The position numbers were made by a program, and so were the translations under genes. From Octopus sinensis (taxonomy: Eukaryota): 64,000 bases of DNA. The notes under the pieces were generated by a model. That model was given only the letters and a program-made list of their open reading frames with translations, was not told the DNA's origin and made no database searches. The stretch lies in the NCBI RefSeq assembly GCF_006345805.1, contig NC_043021.1:8308001-8372000 (forward strand), read 5' to 3'. Below are positions 38,525 through 51,729 of this stretch, in pieces (within the stretch, counting starts at the first letter, position 1; every line of letters starts with the position of its first letter).

Positions 38525-41500
38525 GTAAATAAATGTCTTTCATTTAGTTTCCTTCGTTTAAATGTAGTTTGAAATAATTTAGTAAAAAGAAGAAAAAAAT
38601 ATCAATCAATTAATAAATAAATTTAAATGTAATAAAAAGATATATTTTGTAATTAATAAGTAAAATCGTTCTGTAATTTGAACTTGGAGTTCTTTGGATC
38701 AAATTTCGAATGTGATAATCTATGTTACTTTTCAAGTTCTTTTAATTAGGAAAATGTGAATATTTGAAAGAAATGCAAGATCGGTGTTATGAACTTCGGT
38801 TTGCTTTCATATATGAAACATCAGATAATATAATATTCTTAAGTCTGTTTGGAGAAAAACAAGTGGATATTTATACAAATTCTCTGAACCCCTTAACATA
38901 TTAATTCATATATGAAAAACCTACTTAAGAGTCATAGCACAGTTCTTGCATAATAGATAGATAGACACGTTGTTTCATGAGGTAACACTAATTAAACTTA
39001 TTTTAATTAATGATGAAATAATCATTTCGTAACTGAAGTTTTATTATTTATTATTGCTGCAGGTGTGTTTCGCTGGTGCCTGCTATTCTGAGGGACATGT
39101 ACGTAGGAAGGGCTACCGACCTCGTTTTCCTGGTTACGAAATATCTGGCATCATTTATGAGGTTTGCAATTCTCTCCCAAACCGAAACCTTAACCCTGGA
39201 GATCGGATCATCCTTTACCCCGACGAAGAAATCGCTGATTCCGGGTAAGTTCTGTCATTCATTCTATTAAAAACTATTTGATACATTATCACTACAGAAA
39301 TTCGTTTTAATATTTTGTGGTATTTTATGGATGTATAATTTGTTAGGTGAATATAGGATTAAATACTCAATATGTAGTGTATTGTTTTCGATATGTTTTG
39401 GACGAGTTTCGCTATATTTAGTGTGTGAATGTTACGGCCGATTTCTATTGAGAAACACGCACGTCAATAATATTTTCTAAAGAAACAAAGAAAGATGCTT
39501 CAAATATGTGAATCTAATAGTGTGCCCAGATTTTTAGAATAAGCGGTCTCTCAAAATTCTCTTACTTTTTACGAAAAGATAGTTTACTATTAAAAAAAAA
39601 ATTGAAGGAAAAATTAGGGTGATTTTTTTCGTGTAAATAATCCAGAAAATAAAACCACTGAAGTTCGTTTTTTTTTAAAAAATAAAGCCTATCCTTTTTC
39701 CGTTCCTATGAGATTGTGTGGGACTTCGAAAGACAGCTATACAAAAACTCCATCCACTTTAATGCTCCCAAGTATAAAATATATATTTAGCAAATGCTGT
39801 ATTATGGGATCCAAATGTAATAAATAACTCCACACTATTCTTGTATATAAATAAAATAGATTTTTTTATTTGCTCTGTGCGTGTTGCTGCAGCAGAGATA
39901 CCTTCAATTTATCGTATGCAATTACATATTTGATACTATATAAATAATGATATTAAATTATATATTTAAAGTATTATTCCTTATATTGAATGCTGTTTTT
40001 CTGGGTTGTATTTGTGTCATAGAAACGTTATGTTGAAACCAAAACACTGAAGTAAACTTTAAAACTTCATAAAATAATTTATGTCGAGTCGAACGAATAA
40101 TGAATAGGAAACATTTAACTTTGAATTAAACACAGCTTGATGTGTTTTTTCGTTTTTCTGCCTCATTTAATACGAAACCAATTAAAATTTGATAAAGGCT
40201 ATATTAAGACATGCTCAGTTAAACTTCGTGTGAGTTAGATATTAAAAAATGAATAATAGCTGGAGCTAATCTTTTTAATGCTTATATTATTATAAATTTT
40301 ATTGGCAGCAGTTCCTCTTAATGTTTTTAATGCACAGCAACAATAGAAAAAGGCACAGCTATACACGTTCGCTTGGGCGATCTTTCGTTTCTAGTAGACC
40401 TTTCCGTCGATTTCCGGAAAAAAAAATTTTTTTTTTTTACATATGGGCTTGCGAGAACTTTTGAAGTAATATACATACATATACACTACCCCGAGTAAAA
40501 AATTTCAATTATTGGCAGCAGTTCCTCTTAAGATTTTTAACGCACAGCAACAATAGAAAAAGGCACAGCTATACACGTTCGCTTGATTTGTTAATTGAAA
40601 AAAAAAACAACCTATCAAATTTCTCTCAAACCTCTATTAGTCTTACGTAAGGGTACATTAGGTAGTGTTGTGGTCCGACGTACTCTAACGAAATAAGTAA
40701 AAAAAAAACAACAGAAGAAAGACAAGGTAGTGATAGGCAAGCCTGCTGGGTCGGTGCTGAGATTGGGTTTTCGTTTTCAACAACACAAAGTTAGTTGCCT
40801 TGTAATAGTTTCTTGTAATAGTTTCTTGTTTGGGGTTACTTGGCAGCTTGTTGTTTTGCTATGAAAAGTATGTCAAGAAAGCTGATTGGTTAATTTCTCC
40901 AACTTACCCCCCCTATCCTCCATTAAACTAGGATAATTTATGCAATTTATCAATGAATTCGGTGTAAACAATGTAGTCGTGTTTACTACGGCTTTAATTT
41001 GTAATGATGTCAGAACAGAAAGTAAAAAAACCAGTTTCATATCGTAATTTTTTCTTTTCTTTTAATTTAATTCTCTCAATTGTCTGGAAAGAACGATAAC
41101 ATTATTATTATAATATACTGATGGCCTTGGGCCAAAATTAGAATTTTGATTTACTGTTGATCTTATTTGTTATCACCTCCACTCCTGTGTTTTTTAAAAA
41201 AAATCTATCTGAACCCGAATGTCTTTAGTATTTCGTCCTTGTACTTACTCTTTGCAACTTTAGAAAATTATCGAGGTCAACTTCGCCTTTCATCCTTGGG
41301 GCTGATGGTATTCACTACACACACACACACACACACACACAAGTACCAGCCTTATGCCTGAATAGGAAACCAGTTGATTACTGAGATCGATGTCATGGAC
41401 TTAACCCCTCAAAATCCCTGGCCTTGTACGAGAATTAGAAAGAATTATACCTGTAAAAAGAATATATAGAAAGGCTCTTGCTCTGTTGATGATGACGCCT

Positions 41501-44500
41501 TTTGAGGGTTTTTTCCACGACTGCCCTTAAAACGTCCCTCTCCCCATTGAGAGTTCTGTCTTATTTTATTTATACGCTTTAGAACCCTTTGTATCGTCCT
41601 GTTTTTTTCATTTTATGTTGCTTTTATTTTAGCCCTTGTGGCCAATAAAGGAATAAATTATTATTATTATTCCAATAATTCTATTTTTGACAGTTACACC
41701 GAATTCTTACCAATAAGTGATGTGTCTAAGATATACCAGATACCTTCCAACATGTCCTTAGCAGTCGCTGCCATGATACCCGGAGGTGGTCTTACTGGCT
41801 TCAGCGCCGTCCTCAAGGCTAAACCACATATCGAAAAACTTGCTGAAGTCAAACGTAAGTTTTTATCACAATCTGACATATTTTCAACTTTAATCAATTC
41901 ACCAGTGTTTTGCTGGGAGGTGGGGAGAGCGGTGGATTAATTCTTATATAAGATATAAAGCGAATGAGTCATAGGGATATGTAAATGATATACGGGGAAA
42001 TTTTATCACCAGAGGTCGAAGCTATTTTGAGAAGGTAGCTCAACCAGCTAGATGTAGCAGCCAGATCACTTTTGAAAATGGAAAAACATTTCGAAAAAAT
42101 ATAATTTCGATCGGGATAGCGGTCGTAATTTGCGAGTCTAATTGATGAACATTTACCTGGTGTTAACCGTTTTTGATCATATATCTGCTATATAAAAGTT
42201 GACCTTGGGCTAAAATACTTTTTTGTTTTGTTCGTATTTTGCTGTTGTCTTTCTAATTTTTTTTATTTATGAAGTTTTACTCACCTGACGTTTGTTTTAT
42301 TTTGTACAGCTATTGTAAACGTGTTAGTGGTCGGAGCAGGTGGTCTGGGACTCTGGACTCTCAGAATGGCCGAATATTTACTTGGAGAACACAACACCAA
42401 TGTCCGAGTGTTCGTGGCCGACAGCAATGTAAGTAGACTGTAATTAGATATACCTTTAGGATGCTTTATAATAATTTTAAATCGTTGTAATGCTAGCTTC
42501 AGTTAAGCTTGTATTGTAGCATTGTTATACAACCCGGCGCCCTTCCTGCCTCTATTCCATACCTGTTTTCAAGTAAGGGTTCTTAATTCCTCAATCGGGA
42601 TTGACCCTGTTGAGGGTCAAATAAGGTACCTTATTTCAGGACATTATACAGTGTGATTTGACCTATCAACTGCAATGTTTGAAAGGAAATTGCATACAGT
42701 TTCTTGTGTATTGATCACCTTAGTAATGTGATTCATAAAGAACTGTTTGTCATATATATATTTAATTTATGGATTGCTGACTCGTAATAATCCTCTTCCT
42801 CAAATGTCCTTGTAGATCTGTGCTCTTGACATAGACGATTCACAGCTTGACTAATATATGCCATGGTAGAAATCTAGTTTGACCCCTCCTCCCACTCAAA
42901 GTTAATCGAAATAAATACCTGTAATATTCTAGGTGTTTTTGCCTCAAATAATTATCCCTATCCGCCACCTCAAAAAATATAGGAAATTATCTTTGTGTCT
43001 TTGAAATAAAATTTCTTACAAGTTTTTTGTCACCATTTCAGATTGACCGCTTGTTGACTGCTCAGGACCATGGCTGTTACGATATCATCCACTGGAATGA
43101 AGAAGGTACGTTACTATATCAGTTTCTATTTTAAGGGGATTTGCCTTTGACCTTCCAACATTTGCATACAGTCCAGATAGCAAAGTTATTAACTATGTTA
43201 GTCATTGAGACATTGAGTCCAACTTTTTGTTGGATTGGGTGTTCCTTGTTAAAGTACAACATACAGTTGGTTCAGATGTAGAATGATCTGACCCGGTGAA
43301 GCAGTTGCTAATTAGTACTATAATTAATAGTAACTTTTTACTGACAGGTTTTCTGAACCATTTGACTTGCAGACCTTGACAATTTTACATTTTGCTCCTG
43401 TCTGCCATTGCACTTTGTATTTGTGTAGATTCTGAAAGAATATTTGCAAAATTAATTTAATGTTCATTAGATCTGGGGGAAAAAAATACAAGAAATTCCA
43501 ATAGGGAGTCGGGGACATTTAACCCTTTCGTTACCAACCCAGCTGAAACTGGCCCTGGCTACAAATGTCTTGTTTTCATAAGTTCTGAATTAAAATCTTC
43601 CACCAAACCTTGGTCACAATTTATGTTCCTAACTCTAGCTTAATGATAACTAAGTTATTTTACTAAATTCTTTGTTATATTTAAAGTAATTGAAAGAAAC
43701 ACAGCATCTCAAAATAAATACAGTAACGAAAGAGTTTTTAAAAAAACGGTTGTTGCTTATTTCTTGTTGCAAATAATTCTTGTCTTCAAATGACATTTTC
43801 ATCTTATAATTTTTTAAATTTTTTGCAGACCATGAAGAATACATTTGTGAACGAACAATTGAGGCTTGCCATGGTGGACTTGATGTTGTTATCGATTTTG
43901 TTAGTTCACGTCGTACAATGAACAGATCTCTGCAAGTTCTCAATAGAGTAAGTATATCCATTCTAAACTCTATCTGTTGTCCATCTTTTTTTCCCCCTGG
44001 ATATTTGTCAAACTTAACCTTAGGTTCACCAAGGTTTTGTGAGGGAAATTTGGTACACTGAATCTATAAGGACCTCTGATGGAGGGACCATTCGTTTTCA
44101 TATACTGTAGACTTTATTTGTTTCCCGATTTAACGCCATAATTTGGCCTTTAGGTGCCCTTTAAAAGAGTTCTCTACTTTGCTGACATTCAGGTTAAATC
44201 TCCAGTTTAAGGTTATTTTCTTTATAACCATTCTTGGGTTCTCTGGGAGTGTTTATAGGGGCTTCCCTGGAATGTTCAATTTCTCAATGAGCCTTACTTA
44301 GTTTTATTTTCATTCCTTTTCATTTCATTTAGTAAAATTAGCTAATGCCCTTCTAGAAGGGCTTGATCTTGAACGAAAAAGGTTGATAGATTAATCTCAC
44401 AGCCCTTGCCCTTTTTATGACTTGTTTCTGAAATTGTCTGCAATACGTGACTGTAGCTTTAGCATTTAACTTCACAAATATGTCTCCCCACCTGCCTGGC

Positions 44501-46300
44501 TAAGGTAGAAGCATGAATATTACAAGCTTTTTTTTCTTTTATTATTATTATTATCAAAGGTGGTTGAGCTGGTAGAATCATTAGCATGCCAGGCAAAATA
44601 CTTGGTAGTATTTCATCTCTTGCTACATTCCAAGTTGAAATTCCACTGAAGTTGATTTTGCCTTCCTTCCTCTCAGGGTTAATGTAATCGACTAGTCTCC
44701 TCCCCACAAATTTCAGGCTTTGTGCCTATAGTAGAAAGGATTATTATTATTATTATTAAAAGGCAGTGAGCTGGCAGAATTGTTAACATGCCACACAGAA
44801 AGGTTAGCTGTATTTTGTCTGTCCTTATGTTCCGAGGTCGACTTTGCCTTTCATTTTTTCGGGGGTCGATAAATTAGGTACCAGTTTCGCACTGGGGTCG
44901 ATATAATCATTCATCTCCTCCCCAAAAATTGTTGCCCTTGTGGCAAAATTTGAAACCCTTATTTATTATTTTCTATTGTAAAATAGATATATTTGTGTTA
45001 GGTTTGTGGAACCATATGAGCATTTGACATTGATCTTTTTTTTTTTTTTATCTTTGTGTATCAACAGGAAGGTCTCATAATCGTAGGTGGAAGCTCAGTC
45101 ACAGAAATGAGTATCAACTTAAATGTATTATCAGCTAAACAGCAGAGTATTACCAGTATACCTAAAGGATCTCCAGAAGAATTGGCAGAATTAGTACAGT
45201 GCGTGGCATCTGGACGGGTAAGTTCTCTGCTCCTATCTACCTCTCTCTCTTGCTCTCATTGTTCATTCATCAAAACCTCTAACACTTGCTGAATCCTTCC
45301 TTTCAGCAACATAATTAAAACCATTAAGTCTGAACTTTAATTGACTCAAGGTTGCTGCTCTGTTCCCTCATCCACCAGCTACAAGTTCAATGGTGTTCTG
45401 TATATTTTACAGAAGCAACCTGTAATTTAGACCTGTGGAACTATTTTCCCATTTAGCTTAGATTAGATGAATGTTATTGAGGCATTATTACCTTGCTACG
45501 ATATGGGCGAGGATTGGTGACAGAAAAAAACATCTGGGCACTTAAAGTCTGCCTCAACAGATTGGATCACACAGACCTGGAAAAGTGGACATTTGGTGAT
45601 TTAGTGTGTGTGTGTGCATAAATAGTCAATTTGTGTCTGGTCATCACAATCCAGATCAGTTCTTATTTCGTTACTGCCCGTTTAGATGGACTGGTGACTG
45701 CATGTCCTTTTTACAATATATATATATATAAAAGCACCAACTACACTCTTGGAGTGGTTGGCGTTAGGAAGGCATCCAGCTGTAGAAACTGTCAGATCAA
45801 GATTGGAGCCTGGTGCAGCCAGCCTTCAGTCAAAATCATCGTCCAACCCATGCTAGCATGGAAAGCGGACGTTAAACGATGATGATGATGAGATATATAT
45901 ATATGTATATATAATGGCATCCGTCCATACAAACCATGCCAGAACAGCTAATGGAGCCTGGTACAGCCCTCGGCCTTACCATCTCTGGTCAAACTGTCCA
46001 ACCTACACTGGCATGGAAAGCAGAAATTAAATGATGATATATATATAAACACCCACTTAGATTAATTTCAGTAAACATTGGTGTATATGTAGTAGACACA
46101 TGCATAAATAAATATATACACTCACTTCCCTGCATTTTATTAATGAAATATTTCTTTTCTATTTATTTTGACAGGTCAGTCCACCAACATATGCTGTATT
46201 CCCTGTTGAAAATGCAAATCAAGTGTTTGAAGATTTAACGCTGGCCAGAATCACAGGACGAGCAGTCTTGCGGCTAGGGAACACAAATGTTGACAATTAA
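38399..46300 (+). CDS. MDR-superfamily alcohol-dehydrogenase-like protein, 8 coding exons, 348 aa, predicted zinc-free
   Basis: Exons 38399-38524, 39063-39244, 41694-41854, 42310-42428, 43042-43105, 43829-43947, 45068-45217 and 46175-46300 join in frame via GT-AG introns (1047 nt). GroES-like motifs (GACYSE, PGYEISG, GDRI), Rossmann VVGAGGLG...VAD, GGLDVVIDFV and C-terminal RITGRAVL. Confidence 0.92.
39063..39244 (+). CDS. ADH-like exon 2 (VCFAGACYSE...IADSG)
   Basis: cag| acceptor, GG|gtaagt donor. Confidence 0.9.
41694..41854 (+). CDS. ADH-like exon 3 (YTEFLP...LAEVK)
   Basis: cag| acceptor, C|gtaagt donor; phase matches. Confidence 0.9.
42310..42428 (+). CDS. ADH-like exon 4 (Rossmann GAGGLG)
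   Basis: cag| acceptor, AAT|gtaagt donor. Confidence 0.92.
43042..43105 (+). CDS. ADH-like exon 5 (IDRLLTAQDHGCYDIIHWNEE)
   Basis: tttcag| acceptor, G|gtacgt donor. Confidence 0.88.
43523..43735. mobile_element. piggyBac-like MITE in intron 5 (same family as 6000-6640, no RTE insertion)
   Basis: ttaa|ccctttcgttacc start; contains a single agcttaatgat (empty site). Confidence 0.75.
43829..43947 (+). CDS. ADH-like exon 6 (HEEYIC...GGLDVVIDF...LNR)
   Basis: ttgcag| acceptor, AGA|gtaagt donor. Confidence 0.9.
45068..45217 (+). CDS. ADH-like exon 7 (EGLIIVGG...ASGR)
   Basis: caacag| acceptor, CGG|gtaagt donor. Confidence 0.9.
46175..46300 (+). CDS. ADH-like exon 8 (VSPPTY...RITGRAVL...DN*)
   Basis: gacag| acceptor, TAA stop at 46298-46300. 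Confidence 0.9.
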   Translation, partial: VSPPTYAVFPVENANQVFEDLTLARITGRAVLRLGNTNVDN

Positions 46301-47842
46301 GGAAGCATCCTTACCCCTCCCCTAATAAGACAGACTTTCTTAACATCTGAGAAGAATCTGTTTTTACCTTTTCACTTCAAAAAGGCTGTGATCTATCAAA
46401 CATTGAACTTGTTCTTCTTGCACACAAGTATCGTAAAAAATATATTCCTGCTGATATTTGGTTTGTGCAGAACAATTATCTAAACGACAGCAACAAATGG
46501 CCATTGCTGCACAGTTGGCTCCTACAATCATTGGTGATAATTCTAGGACAAGGTTGTCTCTCCACTATTCTTTTTCTTCAAATTTTTGTTCTCAAAGTTA
46601 CCTTTGACTTTTTGACACACATTGCCAGCAGTGTGGATGTATTTGTGGTGGTGGGCGGGGGGAATTCCCTCCCACCGACAAATTTCCATATCAGATCAGA
46701 TTTTTTTTTTTTTTCTGCTGGAAGAAAGTTTTTGTTTATTGTGTGGAGGGCATGTGAGAGCAATCTGTTGTTGTTGTAGTAGTAGTATCATATTGATGCT
46801 ATATGGAACAAATATATATATATATACTGAAGCTGTCCGAAAAGCACACACATTTATATATATTGTGATATATTAATGATTAGCAGCCAATTCCCAAATC
46901 TCTTGTCAGTTTAGTCAACAGAAATTAAATGTTCTCTTGACCCAAATTCTTCATTGTCACACATACAAATACGTCAAAGAAAAGGCTTCTTTGATATAAA
47001 ATATATATATATACACATGTATTTATATATAATGGGTCTATGATAGTGAAAGCTTGACTAAACGTTTTGCAGCTTCAAAGCCTCATTGCATTTGGAGATT
47101 TTTTTTTTTTTATAACATTCGTGATGTGCGGAAACTTTGCTGATAGTTTGACCATGAGTAGTTTGGCTATGGTATTTTGACCACAGGAAATAGCTAGTGC
47201 ACTTCAACTTCTTTGCATTCCTAGAATCTCGGACTCTCTGTCGTCTTCGGTAGTCCTAAGTGGAACTTAGCTTGACCTTGTCAAACCGACAACACTCTTC
47301 ACTTCCAACCATTCACCTTGTTCACAAAGGGTCTTGTGACGATGGATGGACTTTTTTTTTTTTTTTTTTTTTTTTATTTTATACTGATTACATCTATTTG
47401 ATGTCTGTTACACCCAGGTAATTAGCAATGCTATCATATTTCCTGTTGCGAAAATCAGTGATTGTATGAGCTCAGTATTTATCGAATTTGTACAAAAAAA
47501 AAAAACTGGGAAGTTGAACCAAGAGAAAAAAAAGCTTACCGAACATGACTTAGAGTTGTTAGTTTAATGTGAAAGTATCCCAACATTTCTCTCTATAGTG
47601 TTGATTTAGTAAACCGTGAATTTGAACGTGGTCTCCCTGAGCCCCTAATCCTTGCTCCTTCTCCACCTTGATTTATGTTGAGATACTGTAGATTGAATGG
47701 TCTTCTAGACACAGGACTGGCCAGCTGGTCTATAACACTGATATTATGTCTGCTGACAGCAGGGCTTTCAACAAATTGTAGACTTATAAAGTGTACAAAT
47801 TTCACTTTTCATTTATATATATTAAAAAATGTATAAAACCAG

Positions 47843-47848
47843 AATAAA
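47843..47848 (+). terminator. Candidate polyadenylation signal ending a ~1.5-kb repeat-free 3' UTR
   Basis: AATAAA followed by U-rich sequence at the end of the TE-free stretch after the stop codon. Confidence 0.4.
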
Positions 47849-48628
47849 TTATTTTGTATAATATATTGGCTTCTTTCTGTTTTCTTTATTTAAATCTTTC
47901 CAATTGTTTTAACCCTTTCGTTACTGTATTTATTTTGTATTTTAGATGTAACAAGGAATTTAGTAAAATAACTTCGTTATCATTAAGTTAGTGTTCGGAA
48001 CATAAATTGTGACTAAAGTTTCTACCAAATCCACTCAAGGCTTTGGTCGGCCCGAGGCTATAGAAGACACTTGCCCAAGGTGCCATGCAGTGGGACTGAA
48101 CCCAGAACCGTGTAGTTGGTAAGCAAGCTACTTACGACAAAGCCACTCCTGACAAGAAAAAAAAGCTGGTGCAATTTCTCTCTTCTAGTTATATACAGGA
48201 CTTGTCATATATTCCATTTATTTCTCTTAACACTTGAAAGAATAGTCAAAATTTCATACAAAAGCAAGCAAGATAGCAATTAATTGATTTTTCTGATTAA
48301 TGAATTTCTGGATGTTTTTCCCTTTCAATGTGACCCTCAAATATGGTATGGAATACTGATGAGGGGAAATCATGTATTTTAACCAGTTGATCGCTGGAAA
48401 TTTCCCACTCCACAGAAAGACAATGGACAAATCTACAAAAGTTCAATTCTGTAATGGGATTTTATTACTTGTGATAGGCAAAGGTCACAAATAGAACCAT
48501 TAATGTAATGGAAAGCATGTTCTAGAGTGGTTTAGTCCATCTCATTGTTAATGCTATCACATTTTTAACTTCACATGTATTTGGAGAGTGACATGGTTTA
48601 CATATATTAAATATTCTAATGTTGTTAG

Positions 48629-48868
48629 TGGAGGCACGTGGCTTAGTGGTTAGGGGGTCAGCAGCATGATCATAAGATTGTGGTTTCGATTCCTGGAACG
48701 GGCGACGCGTTGTGTTCTTGAGCAAAACACTTCATTTCACGCTGCTCCAGTCCACTTTGCCTGGCAAAAATGAGTAACGCTGCGATAGACTGGCGTCCCG
48801 TCCAGCTGGGGAACATATACGCCATAGAAACCGGGCCCATGCACTTGGCTAGGCTTTAAAAGGGCGCA
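48629..48868 (+). mobile_element. SINE family C group
   Basis: tRNA-like head ggaggcacgtggcttagtggttagg...tttcgattcc; near-identical to 49996-50245. Confidence 0.75.
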
Positions 48869-49139
48869 AGGAAGGAGGAAGGAATAATGTTAAATGATAA
48901 AATTGAATAGAATAAACGGATTTGGTATATGACTAAATTTATCATGTAGCAAACAGACTAAAACACCGAACGAGGCTCAGATCTGAGCCAACGAGTGGTC
49001 ACTTGATTTACTAGAGATAGTTGCCAAATCTGCAAATCGCACTCTACTGAATTGAACAAAGTGGAACACCGAGCATAAAGTGGCCTTAGATTTACTGTCT
49101 GAAAATACGACTGGATTGTCATTGCTGCAATATCTGTTG

Positions 49140-49335
49140 CTTTATTACCAACAAGGGGATAAACAAAGAGGGGACAGACACACGGATTAAGTCGATTCCA
49201 GTGCGTAACTGGTACTTAATTTATCGACCCCGAAAGGATGAAAGGCAAAGTCGACCTCGGCGGAATCTGAACTCAGAACGCAGCGGCAGATGAAATACGG
49301 CTACGCATTTCGCCCGGCGTGCTAACGTTTCTGCC
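49140..49335 (-). mobile_element. SINE family A
   Basis: Single copy with head. Confidence 0.8.
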
Positions 49336-49995
49336 TGATCGTATAGCAACCATTGGGTTTTACAACAACTAGAGATAGCTGCAAATCATACACGAACAAG
49401 ACAGAACACTGCATATAAAGTGGTCCTAGATATTATTGTCTGAAAAATATGAAAGGATTGCCGTAGCTGCAACGTCTTTGACCAAATATTAGATATTGGG
49501 CTTTATAACAGTTAGCTCCTGTGTAAATTGCTGAACAGTGGTGAGTATGCGTTGTCAACGTCGAATGTCACCAAACGAATGTCACCGAAATACGAGAACT
49601 TTGACGAGTCCGAGAATATTCTGAAATTGTAATGGAGTTAATATAAAATGTCTGTCTCAAGAGCAGCCAAAAATTGTCCCAGTTTTTGTTACTCAATACT
49701 GTGGTGGTGGCGGTGGTTGTATGGGGAGGTAGCTCTGTTTAAGCTGACCTTTGACAATGCGATAATTGTCTATTGTTCTTTCTGTTGTTTACACACACCT
49801 AGGTCAACTCTTCGAACAAATAATTCGTCACAAAAAATAACAATTCTGTCAGTTTCACTTTTCACTACCTTCAATTTTGTTCCAATTGATTTCGAATTTG
49901 GTATATTGATGTAGTTTTATTGCTAATTATGGAAATGAAATTCTTTTTTTTTTTTTTGCCTTAAATTAATAAATGAAAGCTAATAGCTACATTGT

Positions 49996-50245
49996 GGAGG
50001 AACGTGGTTTAGTGGTTAGGGTGTCAGCATCATGATCGTAAGATTGTGGTTTCGATTTCTGGACCGGGCCACGCGTTGCGTTCTTGAGCAAAACACTTCA
50101 TTTCACGTTGCTCCAGTCCACTCAGCTGGCAAAAATGAGTAACGTTGCGATGGACTGGCGTCCCGTCCAGCTGGGGAACACATACGCCATAGAAACCGGA
50201 AAACCGGGCCCGTGAGCCTGGCTAGGCTTTAAAAAAGGGCGCATT
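49996..50245 (+). mobile_element. SINE family C group
   Basis: See 48629-48868. Confidence 0.75.
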
Positions 50246-50747
50246 TATTTATTTGTGGAGGTACAATGGCACACAGACCGGGCATTGTGTGTGTTTATTG
50301 AGCGAAAACACCTAAAGCTGGCGTCCCGTCCAGCCGGGGGGAACACATGCCATGGAAACCGGTTAATTTGTTCGACTAAAACCCTTTAAAGCGGTGCTCC
50401 AGTATGGCCAGATGATTGGTCTGAAGCAAGTAACAGAGTATATATATATATATATATATAATTTCAACAATTGAGGGTAAAATTAATTAATTATTAATCA
50501 ATTTCACCAAGTATTCAGTATGCAAAGGGACCATTTAAGGCGAATTCAAATTATTACATTATATAAAAGGGCTTAGTAAAATAAATTATTTTGCCGCATA
50601 CTGAACTCATTAGAAATAGTAGCTAAAAAAACTTTTTTAAAACTATTTCTAATACTTAAAGAAAACCTCTCTCATATAGTGTTTGCTCAATTCAACTCAC
50701 AAAAGTATGGGGGTAAAGACATTAAAAAATCAAATGCAAAGGTTATT

Positions 50748-50799
50748 TGAGAACGTACGTTTCAAGATTAGTCAACTCGACATTTCTATCATCAGCTCA
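50748..50799 (-). ncRNA. Hammerhead motif, copy 1
   Basis: TGAG CTGATGA tAGAaatGTCGAgtTGACtaaTCTt GAA ACGTACGT T CTCA. Confidence 0.6.
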
Positions 50800-51306
50800 G
50801 AACTCCTTGGTTTGGATTTGAAAACACTGAAAGTGGGAGCATACCCTTTCGGCTTCTTATCGCTTCTGAAGATCTGCTCGAAACTAACAGTGCCAGCAAA
50901 CTCAAATATGCAAGCGAAGAATTTCTGCTCTCCCCTTTCCACCAGCGTGGGTTAAAATCAGTAAACACTATGCTTTTTTCGGTAAAATCCGAGGCATTAA
51001 ATAGAGAGAGATGAATTATAATTTCGACAATTGAGGGTAAAATTAATTAATTATTAATCAATTTCACCAAGTATTCAGTATGCAAAGGGACCATTTAAGG
51101 CGAATTCAAATTATTACATTATATAAAAGGGCTTAGTAAAATAAATTACTTTGCCGCATACTGAACTTATTAGAAATAGTAGCTAAAAAAACTTTTTTAA
51201 AACTATTTCTAATACTTAAAGAAAACCTCTCTCATATAGTGTTTGCTCAATTCAACTCACAAAAGTATGGGGGTAAAGACATTAAAAATCAAATGCAAAG
51301 GTTATT

Positions 51307-51358
51307 TGAGAACGTACGTTTCAAGATTAGTCAACTCGACATTTCTATCATCAGCTCA
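51307..51358 (-). ncRNA. Hammerhead motif, copy 2
   Basis: Identical to copy 1. Confidence 0.6.
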
Positions 51359-51645
51359 GAACTCCTTGGTTTGGATTTGAAAACACTGAAAGTGGGAGCA
51401 TACCCTTTCGGCTTCTTATCGCTTCTGAAGATCTGCTCGAAACTAACAGTGCCAGCAAACTCAAATAACCTTTGCATTTGATTTTTTAATGTCTTTACCC
51501 CCATACTTTTGTGAGTTGAATTGAGCAAACACTATATGAGAGAGGTTTTCTTTAAGTATTAGAAATAGTTTTAAAAAAGTTTTTTTAGCTACTATTTCTA
51601 ATGAGTTCAGTATGCGGCAAAGTAATTTATTTTACTAAGCCCTTT

Positions 51646-51694
<49 letters not shown>

Positions 51695-51729
51695 TTTATA
51701 TATGTACATAAAGAATAACACACAGTACT

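Larger units (their letters stand above)
50457..51650. mobile_element. Tandem dimer (559-bp period) plus inverted partial copy, hammerhead-bearing, within (TA)n: Penelope-like/retrozyme-like architecture
   Basis: Units start at ~50457 and ~51016; 51463-51650 is an inverted copy of the unit's left part; (TA)n at both ends. Confidence 0.75.

Noticed and set aside
37220-40585. Local direct duplications (37220-37545; 40305-40585)
   Set aside because: Ordinary slippage or recombination beside microsatellites, with no further structure.
42600-42636. Two adjacent small hairpins in intron 4
   Set aside because: Short; no snoRNA boxes or miRNA-length stem; probably part of a repeat.
2990-48370. Isolated CTGATGA/CTGAAGA heptamers (e.g. 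~2991, ~28065, ~35015, ~48357)
   Set aside because: No stem II plus GAAAC plus stem I arrangement follows.
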